Shown: piece after piece, positions 49,801 through 61,500 of the stretch
Numbering within the stretch: position 1 is the stretch's first letter
How the letters are laid out: each line of letters starts with the position of its first letter
NCBI RefSeq assembly: GCF_036321535.1
Contig: NC_087436.1
Span: 3,844,001-3,908,000, forward strand
Reading direction: 5' to 3'
Length of the DNA stretch: 64,000 nucleotides
From: Camelus dromedarius
Lineage: Eukaryota
Translations under genes and position numbers: made by a program
The notes under the pieces: model-generated
Told to the model about the DNA's origin: nothing
What the model saw: the letters and a program-made list of their open reading frames with translations, nothing else
Database searches by the model: none

Positions 49801-51963
49801 ATATTTGTATGGAGTGGAATTTGCAAGTGAAAAGAAACTTTGTGTTCCCAACAAGTTAGGTGAAGGACGGCATTCACACACACTTATCTCTCAGAACTGA
49901 GCATGTGGAGAGACGTTCGTTCATCTAGCACAAAGGGAACGGGTTGCAGGAGAAATTTTACTCTGGTTTCTCAGTCTGTTTCCAGTTGCCTGTTTGATGT
50001 TCCTGCAGTTTTCACTGTAAACCGAGTTGGAGCTAGTACTTCCCCATATATATATATGGATTTGAGTTTGCAACTGAAAAGAAACTTTGTGTTCCCAACA
50101 AGCTAGGTGAAGGACGGCTTTCACACACACTTATCCCTCAAAACTGAGCATGTGGAGAGACGTTCGTTCATCTAGCACAATGGGAACGGGTTGCAGGAGA
50201 AATTTTTACTCTGGTTTCTCAGTCTGTTTCCTAGAGCCGGATTGAATTTCCTGCAGTTTTCACTGTAAAACCGAGTTGGTGCTAGTACCTCTTCATATAT
50301 ATCTATGGAGTGTAGTTTGCAACTGAAACGAAAATTTGTGTTCCCAACAAGCTAGTTGAAGGACGGCTTTCACACACACTTATCTCTCAGAACTGAGCAT
50401 GTGGAGAGACGTTCATTCATCTAGCACAAAGGGAACGGGTTGCAGGAGAAACTTTTACTCTGGTTTCTCAGTCTGTTTCCTAGGCTCAGTTTGAAGTTCC
50501 TGCAGTTTTCACTGTAAACCGATTTGGAGCTAGTTCCTCCCCATATATATGTATGGATTTGAGTTTGCAACTGAAAAGAAACTTAGTGTTCCCAACAAGC
50601 TAGGTTAAGTACGGCTTTCACACACACTAATATCTCAGAACTGAGCATGTGGAGAGACTTTCGTTCATCTAGCACAAATGGAACGGGTTGCAGGAGAAAC
50701 TATTACTCTGGTTTCTCAATCTTTTTCCTGGTGCCGGTTTGAAGTTCCTGCAGTTTTCACTGTAAAACAGAGTTGGATCTAGTACCTCGCCATAAATATG
50801 TATGGATTGGAGTTTGCATGTGAAAAGAAACTTTGTGTTCCCAACAAGCTTGGTGAAGTACGGCTTTCACACACACTTATCTCTCATAAATGAGCATGTG
50901 GAGAGACGTTCGTTCATCTAGCACAAAGGGAACGGGTTGCAGGAGGAACATTTACTCTGTTTTCACAGTCTGTTTCCTACTGCCGTTTTGAAGTTCCTGC
51001 AGTTTTCACTGTAAAACCGAGTTGGAGCGAGTACCTCCCCATATATAAGTATGGAGTGGAGTTTGCAACTGAAAAGAAACTTTGTGTTCCCATCAAGCTA
51101 AGTGAAGTACGGCTTTCACACACACTTATCTCTTAGAACAGAGCATGTGGAGAGATGTTCGTTCATCTAGCACAAATGGAACGGGTTGCAGGAGAAACTG
51201 TTACTCTGGTTTCTCGGTCTCTTTCCTAGTGCCGGTTTGAAGTTCCTGCAGTTTTCACTGTAAAACCGAGTTGGAGCTAGGAACTCCCCATATATATGTA
51301 TGGATTTGAGTTTGCAACTGAAAAGAAACTTAGTGTTCCCAACAAGCTAGGTTAAGTACGGCTTTCACACACACTAATATCTCAGAACTGAGCATGTGGA
51401 GAGACTTTCGTTCATCTAGCACAAATGGAACGGGTTGCAGGAGAAACTATTACTCTGGTTTCTCAATCTTTTTCCTGGTGCCGGTTTGAAGTTCCTGCAG
51501 TTTTCACTGTAAAACCGAGTTGGAGCTAGGAACTCCCCATATATATGTATGGAGTGGATTTTGCAACTGAAAAGAAACTTTGTGTTCCCAACAAGCTATG
51601 TGAAGGCTGGCTTTCACACACACTTATCTCTCAGAACTAAACATGTGGAGAGACGTTCTTTCATCTAGCACAAAGGGAACGTGTTTCAGGAGAATCTTTT
51701 ACTCTGTTTTCTCAGTCTCTTTAATAGTGCCGGTTTGAAGTTCCTGCAGTTTTCACTGTAAAACAGATTTGGAGCTAGTACCTCCCCATATATATGTATG
51801 GAGTGGAGTTTGCAAATGAAAAGAAACTCTGTGTTCCCAACAAGCTAGGTGAAGGACGGCTTTCAAACACACATATCTCTCAGAATTGAGCATGTGGAGA
51901 GACGTTCGTTCATCTAACACAAAGGGAACGGTTTGAAGGAGAAATTTTTACTCTGGTTTCTCT
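46480..51963. repeat. 11-monomer (2734 bp) tandem duplication
   Basis: Identical ORFs occur at 47169/49903 and 47187/49921. Private variants 'ccctcaaaac', 'agccggattgaatt', 'gctaggaactc' and 'ctaaacatg' recur at +2734. Confidence 0.95.
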
Positions 51964-52574
51964 GTCTGTTTCCTACTGCCTGTTTGAAGTTCCTGCAGTT
52001 TTCACTGTAAAACTGAGTTGGAGCTAGTACCTCCCCATATATATGTATGGAGTGGAATTTGCAAGTGAAAAGAAACTTTGTGTTCCCAACAAGTTAGTTG
52101 AAGGACGGCTTTCACACACACTTATCTCTCAGAAATGAGCATGTGGAGAGACGTTCGTTCATCTAGCACAAAGGGAACGGTTTGCAGGAGAAACTTTTAC
52201 TCTGGTTTCTCAGTCTGTTTCCTGTTGACGGTTTGATGTTCCTGCAGTTTTCACTGTAAAACCGATTTGGAGCTAGTACCTCCCCATATATATGTATGGA
52301 GTGGAGTTTGCAACTGAAAAGAAAGTTTGTTTTCCCAACAAGCTAGGTGAAGGACGGCTTTCACACACTTATCTCTCAGAACAGAGCATGAGGAGAGACG
52401 TTCGTTCATCTAGCACAAAAGGAACGGGTTGCAGCATAAACATATACTGTAGTTTCTCAGTTTGTTTCATAGTACTGGTATGAAGTTCCTGCAGTTCTCA
52501 CTGTAAAACATATTTGGAGCTAGTACCTCCCCATATATATGTATGGACTGGAGTTTGCAACTGAAAAGAAACTT

Positions 52575-55500
52575 TGTGTTCCCAAAATCTAGGTGAAGGA
52601 TGGCTTTCACACACACTTATCTCTCAGAACTGAGAACGTGGAGAGACGTTTGTTCATCTAGAACCAAGGGAACGGGTTGCATTAGAAACTTTTACTCTGG
52701 TTTCTCAGTCTGTTCCCTAGTGCCGGTTTGATGTTCCTGCAGTTTTCACTCTTAAACCGAGTTGGACCTAGAAACGCACCATACATATGTATGGAGTGGA
52801 GTTTGCTACTGAAAAGAAGCTTTGAGTTCCCAACAAGCTAGGTGAAAGACGGCTTTCACACACACTTATCTCTCAGAACTAAGCATGTGGGGAGACGTTC
52901 GTTCATGTAGCAAAATGGGAAAGGGTTGCAGGAGAAACTTTTACTCTGGTTTCTCAGTCTCTTTTCTAGTGCCGGTTTGAAGTTCCTGCAGTTTTCGCTG
53001 TAAAACAAATTTGGAGCAAGTTCCTCCCCATATATATGTATGGAGTGGGTTTTGCAACTGAAAATAAAGTTTGAGTTCCCAACAAGCTAGGTGAAGGACG
53101 GCTTTCAAACACACTTACCTCTCAGAAATGAGCATGTGGAGAGACTTTCGTTCATCTAGCACAAAGGGAACGGGTTGCAGGAGGAACTTTTACTGTGGTT
53201 TCTCAGTCTGTTTCCTAGTGCCTGTTTGAAGTTCCTGCAATTTTCACTGTAAAACCGAGTTGGAGCTAGTACCTCCTCTTATATGTGTATGGAGTGTAGT
53301 TTGCAACTGAAAAGAATCTTTGTGTTCCTAACAAGCTTGGTTAAGGACGGCTTTCACACACACTTATCTCTCAGAACTGAGCATGTGGAGAGACGTTAGT
53401 TCATCTACCACAATGGGACCAGTTGCAGGAGAAACTTATACTCTGGTTTCTCAGTCTGTTTCCTCATGCCGGTTTGAAGTACCTGCAGTTCTCACTGTAA
53501 AACCGAGTTGGAGCTTGTACCTCCCCAAATATATTTATGGAGTGGAGTTTGCAACTGAAAAGAAACTATGTGTTCCCAACAAGCTAGGTGAAGGACGGCT
53601 TTCACACACACTTATCCCTCAGAAATGAGCATGTGGAGAGACGTACGTTCATCTAGCACAAAGTGAACTGTTTGCAGGAGAAACTTTTCCTCTGGTTTCT
53701 GAGGCTTTTTCCTAGTGCCGTTTTGAATTTCATGCATTTTTCACTGTAAAATCGAGTTGGAGCTAGTACTTCCCCATATATATGTATGGAGTGAATTTTG
53801 CACCTGAAAAGATACTTTCTGTTTCCAACAATCTAAGTGAAGGACGGTTTCACACACACTGATCTCTCAGAACTGAGCATGTGGAGAGACGGTCGTTCAT
53901 CTAGCACAAAGGGAACGGGATGCAGGAGAAACTTTTACTCTGGTTTCTCAGTCTGTTTCCTAGGCCCAGTTTGAAGTTCCTGCAGTTTTCACTGTAAACC
54001 GAGTTGGAGCTACTACCTCCCAATATAAATGTATGGGGTGGAATTTGCAACTGAAAAGAATCTTTGTGTTCCCAACAAGCTAGTTGAAGAACAGCTTTCT
54101 CAAACACTTATTTCTCAGAACTGAGCATGTGGAGAGACATTCGTTCATCTAGCACAAACTTAATGGGTTGGAGGAGAAACTTGTACTTTGTTTCCTCAGT
54201 CTGTTTCCTAGTGCCGGTTTGAAGTTCATGCAGATATCTCTGTAAAACCGAGTTGGAGCTAGTACCTCCTCATATATATGTATGGATTGGAGTTTGCAAC
54301 TGAAAAGAAACTATGTGTTCCCTTCAAGATAGGTGAAGGACGGCTTTCACACACACTTATCACTCAGAACTGAGCATGTGGAGAGAGTTTCATTCTTCTA
54401 GCATAAATGGACCGGGTTGCAGGAGTTAATTTTCCTGTGGTTTCCAGTCTGTTTCCTAGTGCCGGTATGAAGTACCAGCAGTTATCAATGTAAAACCGAG
54501 TTGGAGCTAGTACATCCCCATATATATCTATGGAGTGGAGTTTGCAACTGAAAAGAAAGTTTGTGTTCCCAACAAGCTAGGTGAAGGACGGCTTTCACAC
54601 ACTTATCTCTCAGAACAGAGCATGAGGAGAGACGTTAGTTCATCTAGCACAAAAGGATCAGTTGCAGTAGAAACTTTTACTCTGGTTTCTCAGTGTGTTT
54701 CCTAGTGCCGGTTTGAAGTTCCTGCAGTTTTCACTGTAAAACAGACTTGGAGATAGTACCTCCCCATATATATGTTTGGAGTGGGGTTTGCAACTGTAAA
54801 GAAACTTTGTGTTCCCAACAAGCTAGGTGAAGAACGGCTTTCACACACAATTATCTCTCAGAACTGAGCATGTGGAGAGACGTTCGTTCATCTAGCACAA
54901 AGGAACGTGTTGCAGGAGAAACTTTTACTCTGGTTTCTCAGTCTGTTTCCTAGTGCCTGTCTGAAGTTCCTGCAGTTTTCACTGTAAAACCGAGTTGGAG
55001 CTAGTACTTCCCCGTATACATGTATGGAGTGGAGTTAGCAACTGAAAAGAAATTTTGTATTCCCAACAAGCTATGTGAAATAGGGCTTTCACACACACAT
55101 ATCTGTCAGAAATTAGCGTATGGAGAGACATTCGTTCATCTAGCAAAAAGGGAACTGGTTGCAGGAGAAACTTTTACTCTGGTTTCTCAGTCTGTTTCGT
55201 AGTTCCGGTTTTAAATTCCTGCACTTTCCACTGTAAAACCGAGTTGGAGCTAGTACCTCCCCATATATATCTATGGAGACGAGTTTGCAAATAAAAAAAA
55301 CTTTGTGTTCCCAACAAGCTAGATGAAGGACCGCTTTCACACACACATATTTCTCAGAACTGAGCATGTGGAGAGACGTTCGTTCATCTATCACAAAGGG
55401 AACTGGTTGCAGGAGAAACTTTTACTCTGTTTCCTCAGTATGTTTCCTCGTACCGGTTTGAAAGTCCTGCAGTTTTCACTGTTAAACCGAGTTTGAGTTA

Positions 55501-58500
55501 GTACCTCCCCATATATGTGTATGGAGTGGAGTTTGCAACTGAAAAGAATCTTTGTGTTCCTAACAAGCTTGGTTAAGGACGGCTTTCACACACACTTATC
55601 TCTCAGAACTGAGCATGTGGAGAGACGTTAGTTCATCTACCACAAAGGGACCAGTTGCAGTAGAAACTTTTACTCTGGTTTCTCAGTCTGTTTCCTCGTG
55701 CCGGTTTGAAGTACCTGCATTTCTCACTGTAAAACCGAGTTGGAGCTTGTACCTCTCCAAATATATTTATGGAGTGGAGTTTGCAACTGAAAAGGAACTA
55801 TGTGTTCCCAACAAGCTAGGTGAAGGACGGCTTTCACACACAATTATCCCTCAGAAATGAGCATGTGGAGAGACGTTCGTTCATCTAGCACAATGGGAAC
55901 GGGTTGCAGGAGAAACTTTTCCTCTGGTTTCTGAGAATTTATCTTAGTGCCGTTTTGAATTTCATGCATTTTTCACTGTAAAATAGAGTTGGAGCTAGTA
56001 CTTCCCCATATATATGTATGAAGTGAATTTTGCACCTGAAAAGATACTTTCTGTTTCCAACAAACTAAGTGAAGGACGGTTTCACACACACTGATCTCTC
56101 AGAACTGAGCATGTGGAGAGACGTTCGTTCATCTAGCACCAAGGGAACGGGATGCAGGAGAAACTTTTACTCTGGTTTCTCAGTCTGTTTCCTAGTGCCT
56201 GTTTGATGGTCCTGCAGTTTTCACTGTAAAACCGATTTGGAGCTAGTTCCTCCTCATATATATGTATGGAGTGAAGTTTGCAACTGAAAATAAACTTTGT
56301 GTTCCCAACAAGGTTTTTGAAGTACGGCTTTCACACACAATTACCTCTCAGAACTGAGCATGTGGAGAGACTTTCGTTCATCTAGCACAAAGAGAACGGG
56401 TTGCAGGAGGAACTTTTACTCTGGTTTCTCAGTCTGTTTCCTAGTGCCGTTTAGAAGTTCCTGCAGTTTTCACTGTAAAACCGAGTTGGAGCTAGTACAT
56501 CCCCATATATATGTATGGATTGGAGTTTGTAACTTAAAAGAAATTTTGTATTCCCAACAAACTAGATGAAGGAAGGCTTTCACACACACTTATTCCTCAT
56601 AACTGAGCATGAGGAGAGACGTTCGTTCATCTAGCACAAAGGGAACTGGTTGCAGGAGAAACTTTTACTCTGGTTTCTCAGTCTGTTTCCTAGTGCCGTT
56701 TTGAAGTTCCTCCAGTTTTCACTGTAAAACGGTGTTGGAGATAGTACCTCCCCGTATATATGTATGGAGTGGACTTGGAAACTGAAAATAAACTTTGTGT
56801 TCCCAACAAGCTAGGTGAAGGAATGCTTTCACACACACTTATTTCTCAGAACTGAGCATGTGGAGAGACTTTCGTTCATCTAGCACAAACTTAACGGGTT
56901 GCAGGAGAAACTTTAACTCTATTTCCTCAGTCTGTTTCCTAGTGCCGGATTGAAGTTCTTGCAGATATTTCTGTAAAACCGAGTTGGAGCTAGTACCTCC
57001 CCATATATATGTATGGAGTGGAGTTTGCAACTGAAAAGAATCTTTGTGTTCCCAACAAGCTAGTTGAAGAACAGCTTTCACAAAAAATTTTTCTCAGAAC
57101 TGAGCATGTGGAGGGACATTCGTTCATCTAGCACAAACTTAACTGGTTGCAGGAGAAACTTTAACTCTATTTACTCAGTCTGTTTCCTAGTGCCGGATTG
57201 AAGTTCTTGCAGATATTTCTGTAAAACCGAGTTGGAGCTAGTACCTCCCCATATATATGTAAGGAGTGGAGTTTGCAACTGGAAAGAAACTTTGTTTTCC
57301 CAACAAGCTAGATGAAGGACGGCTTTCACACACACTTATCTCTCAGAACTGAGCATGTGGAGAGACGTTCGTTCATCTAGCACAAAGGGAACGGTTTGCA
57401 GGGGAACTTTTACTGTGGTATCTCAGTGTGTTTCCTAGTGCCGTTTTGAAGTTCCTGCAGTATTCACTGTTACCGAGTTGGAGCTGGTACCACCCCATAT
57501 ATATGTATGGATTGGAGATTGCAACTGGAAAGAAACTTTGTTTTCCCAACAAGCTAGATGAAGGACGGCTTTCACACACACTTATCTCTCAGAACTGAGC
57601 ATGTGGAGAGACGTTCGTTCATCTAGCAAAAAAGGAACGGGTTGCAGCATAAACATTTACTGTAGTCTCTCAGTCTGTTTCCTATTGCCGGTTTGAAGTT
57701 CCTGCAGTTTTCACTGTAAAACAGATTTGGAGCTAGTACCTCCCCATATATATGTATGGAGAAGGGTTTGGAACAGAAAAGTAACTTTGTGTTCCCAAAA
57801 TCTACGTGAAGGACGGCTTTCACACACACTTATCTCTCAGAACTGAGCATGTGGAGAGACGTTCGTTCATCTAGCACAAAGGGAACGGTTTGCAGGAGGA
57901 AATATTACTCTGGTTTCTCAGTCTGTTTCCTAGTGCCTGTTTGAAGTTCCTGCAGTTTTCACTGTAAAACCGAGTTGGAGCTAGTACTTCCCCATATATA
58001 TTAATGGAGTGGAGTTTGCAACTGAAAAGAAATTTTGTATTCCCAACAAGCTAGATGAAGGACCGCTTTCACACACACGTATTTCTCAGAACTGAGCATG
58101 TGGAGAGACGTTCGTTAATCTAGCACAGTGGGAACTGGTTGCAGGAGAAACTTTTACTCTGGTTCCTCAGTATGTTTCCTCGTACCGGTTTGAAAGTCCT
58201 GCAGTTTTCACTTTTAAACCGAGTTTCATTTAGTACCTCCCCATATATGTGTATGGAGTGGAGTTTGCATCTTAAAAGAATCTTTGTGTTCCTAACAAGC
58301 TTGGTTAAGGACGGCTTTCACACACACTTATCTCTCAGAACTGAGCATGTGGAGAGACGTTAGTTCATCTACCACAAAGGGACCAGTTGCAGTAGAAACT
58401 TTTACTCTGGTTTCTCAGTCTGTTTCCTCGTGCCGGTTTGAAGTACCTGCAGTTCTCACTGTAAAACCGAGTTGGAGCTTGTACCTCCCCAAATATATTT

Positions 58501-61500
58501 ATGGAGTGGAGTTTGCAACTGAAAAGAAACTATGTGTTCCCAACAAGCTAGTTGAAGGACGGCTTTCACACACACTTATCCCTCAGAAATGAGCATGTGG
58601 AGAGACGTTCGTTCATCTAGCAAAAAGTGAACTGTTTGCAGGAGAAACTTTTCCTCTGGTTTCTGAGACTTTTTCCTAGTGCCGTTTTGAATTTCATGCA
58701 TTTTTCACTGTAAAATCGAGTTGGAGCTAGTACTTCCCCATATATATATATGGAGTGAATTTTGCACCTGAAAAGATACTTTCTGTTTCCAACAATCAAA
58801 GTGAAGGACGGTTTCACCCACACTGATCTCTCAGAACTGAGCATGTGGAGAGATGTTCGTTCATCTAGCACCAAGGGAACGGGATGCAGGAGAAACTTTT
58901 ACTCTGGTTTCTCCGTCTGTTTCCTAGTGCCGGTTTGAAGTTCCTCCAGTTTTCACTGTAAAACGGTGTTGGAGATAGTACCTCCCCGTATATATGTATG
59001 GTGTGGACTTGGAAACTGAAAATAAACTTTGTGTTCCCAACAAGCTAGGTGAAGGAATGCTTTCACACACACTTATTTCTCAGAACTGAGCATGTGGAGG
59101 GACATTCGTTCATCTAGCACAAACTTAACGGGTTGCAGGAGAAACTTTAACTCTATTTCCTCAGTCTGTTTCCTAGTGCCGGATTGAAGTTCTTGCAGAT
59201 ATTTCTGTAAAACCGAGTTGGAGCTAGTACCTCCCCATATATATGTATGGAGTGGAGTTTGCAACTGAAAAGAATCTTTGTGTTCCCAACAAGCTAGTTG
59301 AAGAACAGCTTTCACAAACAATTTTTCTCAGAACTGAGCATGTGGAGGGACATTCGTTCATCTAGCACAAACTTAACGTGTTGCAGGAGAAACTTTAACT
59401 CTATTTACTCAGTCTGTTTCCTAGTGCCGGATTGAAGTTCTTGCAGATATTTCTGTAAAACCGAGTTGGAGCTAGTACCTCCCCATATATATGTAAGGAG
59501 TGGAGTTTGCAACTGGAAAGAAACTTTGTTTTCCCAACAAGCTAGATGAAGAACGGCTTTCACACACACTTATCTCTCAGAACTGAGCATGTGGAGAGAC
59601 GTTCGTTCATCTAGCACAAAGGGAACGGTTTGCAGGGGAACTTTTACTGTGGTATCTCAGTGTGTTTCCTAGTGCCGTTTTGAAGTTCCTGCAGTATTCA
59701 CTGTTACCGAGTTGGAGCTGGTACCACCCCATATATATGTATGGAGAAGGGTTTGGAACAGAAAAGTAACTTTGTGTTCCCAAAATCTAGGTGAAGGATG
59801 GCTTTCACACACACTTATCTCTCAGAACTGAGAACGTGGAGAGACGTTTGTTCATCTAGAACCAAGGGAACGGGTTGCATTAGAAACTTTTACTCTGGTT
59901 TCTCAGTCTGTTCCCTAGTGCCGGTTTGATGTTCCTGCAGTTTTCACTCTTAAACCGAGTTGGACCTAGAAACGCACCATACATATGTATGGAGTGGAGT
60001 TTGCTACTGAAAAGAAGCTTTGAGTTCCCAACAAGCTAGGTGAAAGACGGCTTTCACACACACTTATCTCTCAGAACTAAGCATGTGGGGAGACGTTCGT
60101 TCATGTAGCAAAAAGGGAAAGGGTTGCAGGAGAAACTTTTACTCTGGTTTCTCAGTCTCTTTTCTAGTGCCGGTTTGAAGTTCCTGCAGTTTTCGCTGTA
60201 AAACAAATTTGGAGCAAGTTCCTCCCCATATATATGTATGGAGTGGGTTTTGCAACTGAAAATAAAGTTTGAGTTCCCAACAAGCTAGGTGAAGGACGGC
60301 TTTCAAACACACTTACCTCTCAGAAATCAGCATGTGGAGAGACTTTCGTTCATCTAGCACAAAGGGAACGGGTTGCAGGAGAAACTTTTACTGTGGTTTC
60401 TCAGTCTGTTTCCTAGTGCCTGTTTGAAGTTCCTGCAATTTTCACTGTAAAACCGAGTTGGAGCTAGTACCTCCTCTTATATGTGTATGGAGTGTAGTTT
60501 GCAACTGAAAAGAATCTTTGTGTTCCTAACAAGCTTGGTTAAGGACGGCTTTCACACACACTTATCTCTCAGAACTGAGCATGTGGAGAGACGTTAGTTC
60601 ATCTACCACAATGGGACCAGTTGCAGGAGAAACTTATACACTGGTTTCTCAGTCTGTTTCCTCATGCCGGTTTGAAGTACCTGCAGTTCTCACTGTAAAA
60701 CCGAGTTGGAGCTTGTACCTCCCCAAATATATTTATGGAGTGGAGTTTGCAACTGAAAAGAAACTATGTGTTCCCAACAAGCTAGGTGAAGGACGGCTTT
60801 CACACACAATTATCCCTCAGAAATGAGCATGTGGAGAGACGTTCGTTCATCTAGCACAATGGGAACGGGTTGCAGGAGAAACTTTTCCTCTGGTTTCTGA
60901 GAATTTATCCTAGTGCCGTTTTGAATTTCATGCATTTTTCACTGTAAAATCGAGTTGGAGCTAGTACTTCCCCATATATATGTATGGAGTGAATTTTGCA
61001 CCTGAAAAGATACTTTCTGTTTCCAACAATCTAAGTGAAGGACGGTTTCACACACACTGATCTCTCAGAACTGAGCATGTGGAGAGACGGTCGTTCATCT
61101 AGCACCAAGGGAACGGGATGCAGGAGAAACTTTTACTCTGGTTTCTCAGTCTGTTTCCTAGGCCCAGTTTGAAGTTCCTGCAGTTTTCACTGTAAACCGA
61201 GTTGGAGCTACTACCTCCCAATATAAATGTATGGGGTGGAATTTGCAACTGAAAAGAATCTTTGTGTTCCCAACAAGCTAGTTGAAGAACAGCTTTCTCA
61301 AACACTTATTTCTCAGAACTGAGCATGTGGAGAGACATTCGTTCATCTAGCACAAACTTAATGGGTTGGAGGAGAAACTTGTACTTTGTTTCCTCACTCT
61401 GTTTCCTAGTGCCGGTTTGAAGTTCCTGCAGATATCTCTGTAAAACCGAGTTGGAGCTAGTACCTCCTCATATATATGTATGGATTGGAGTTTGCAACTG

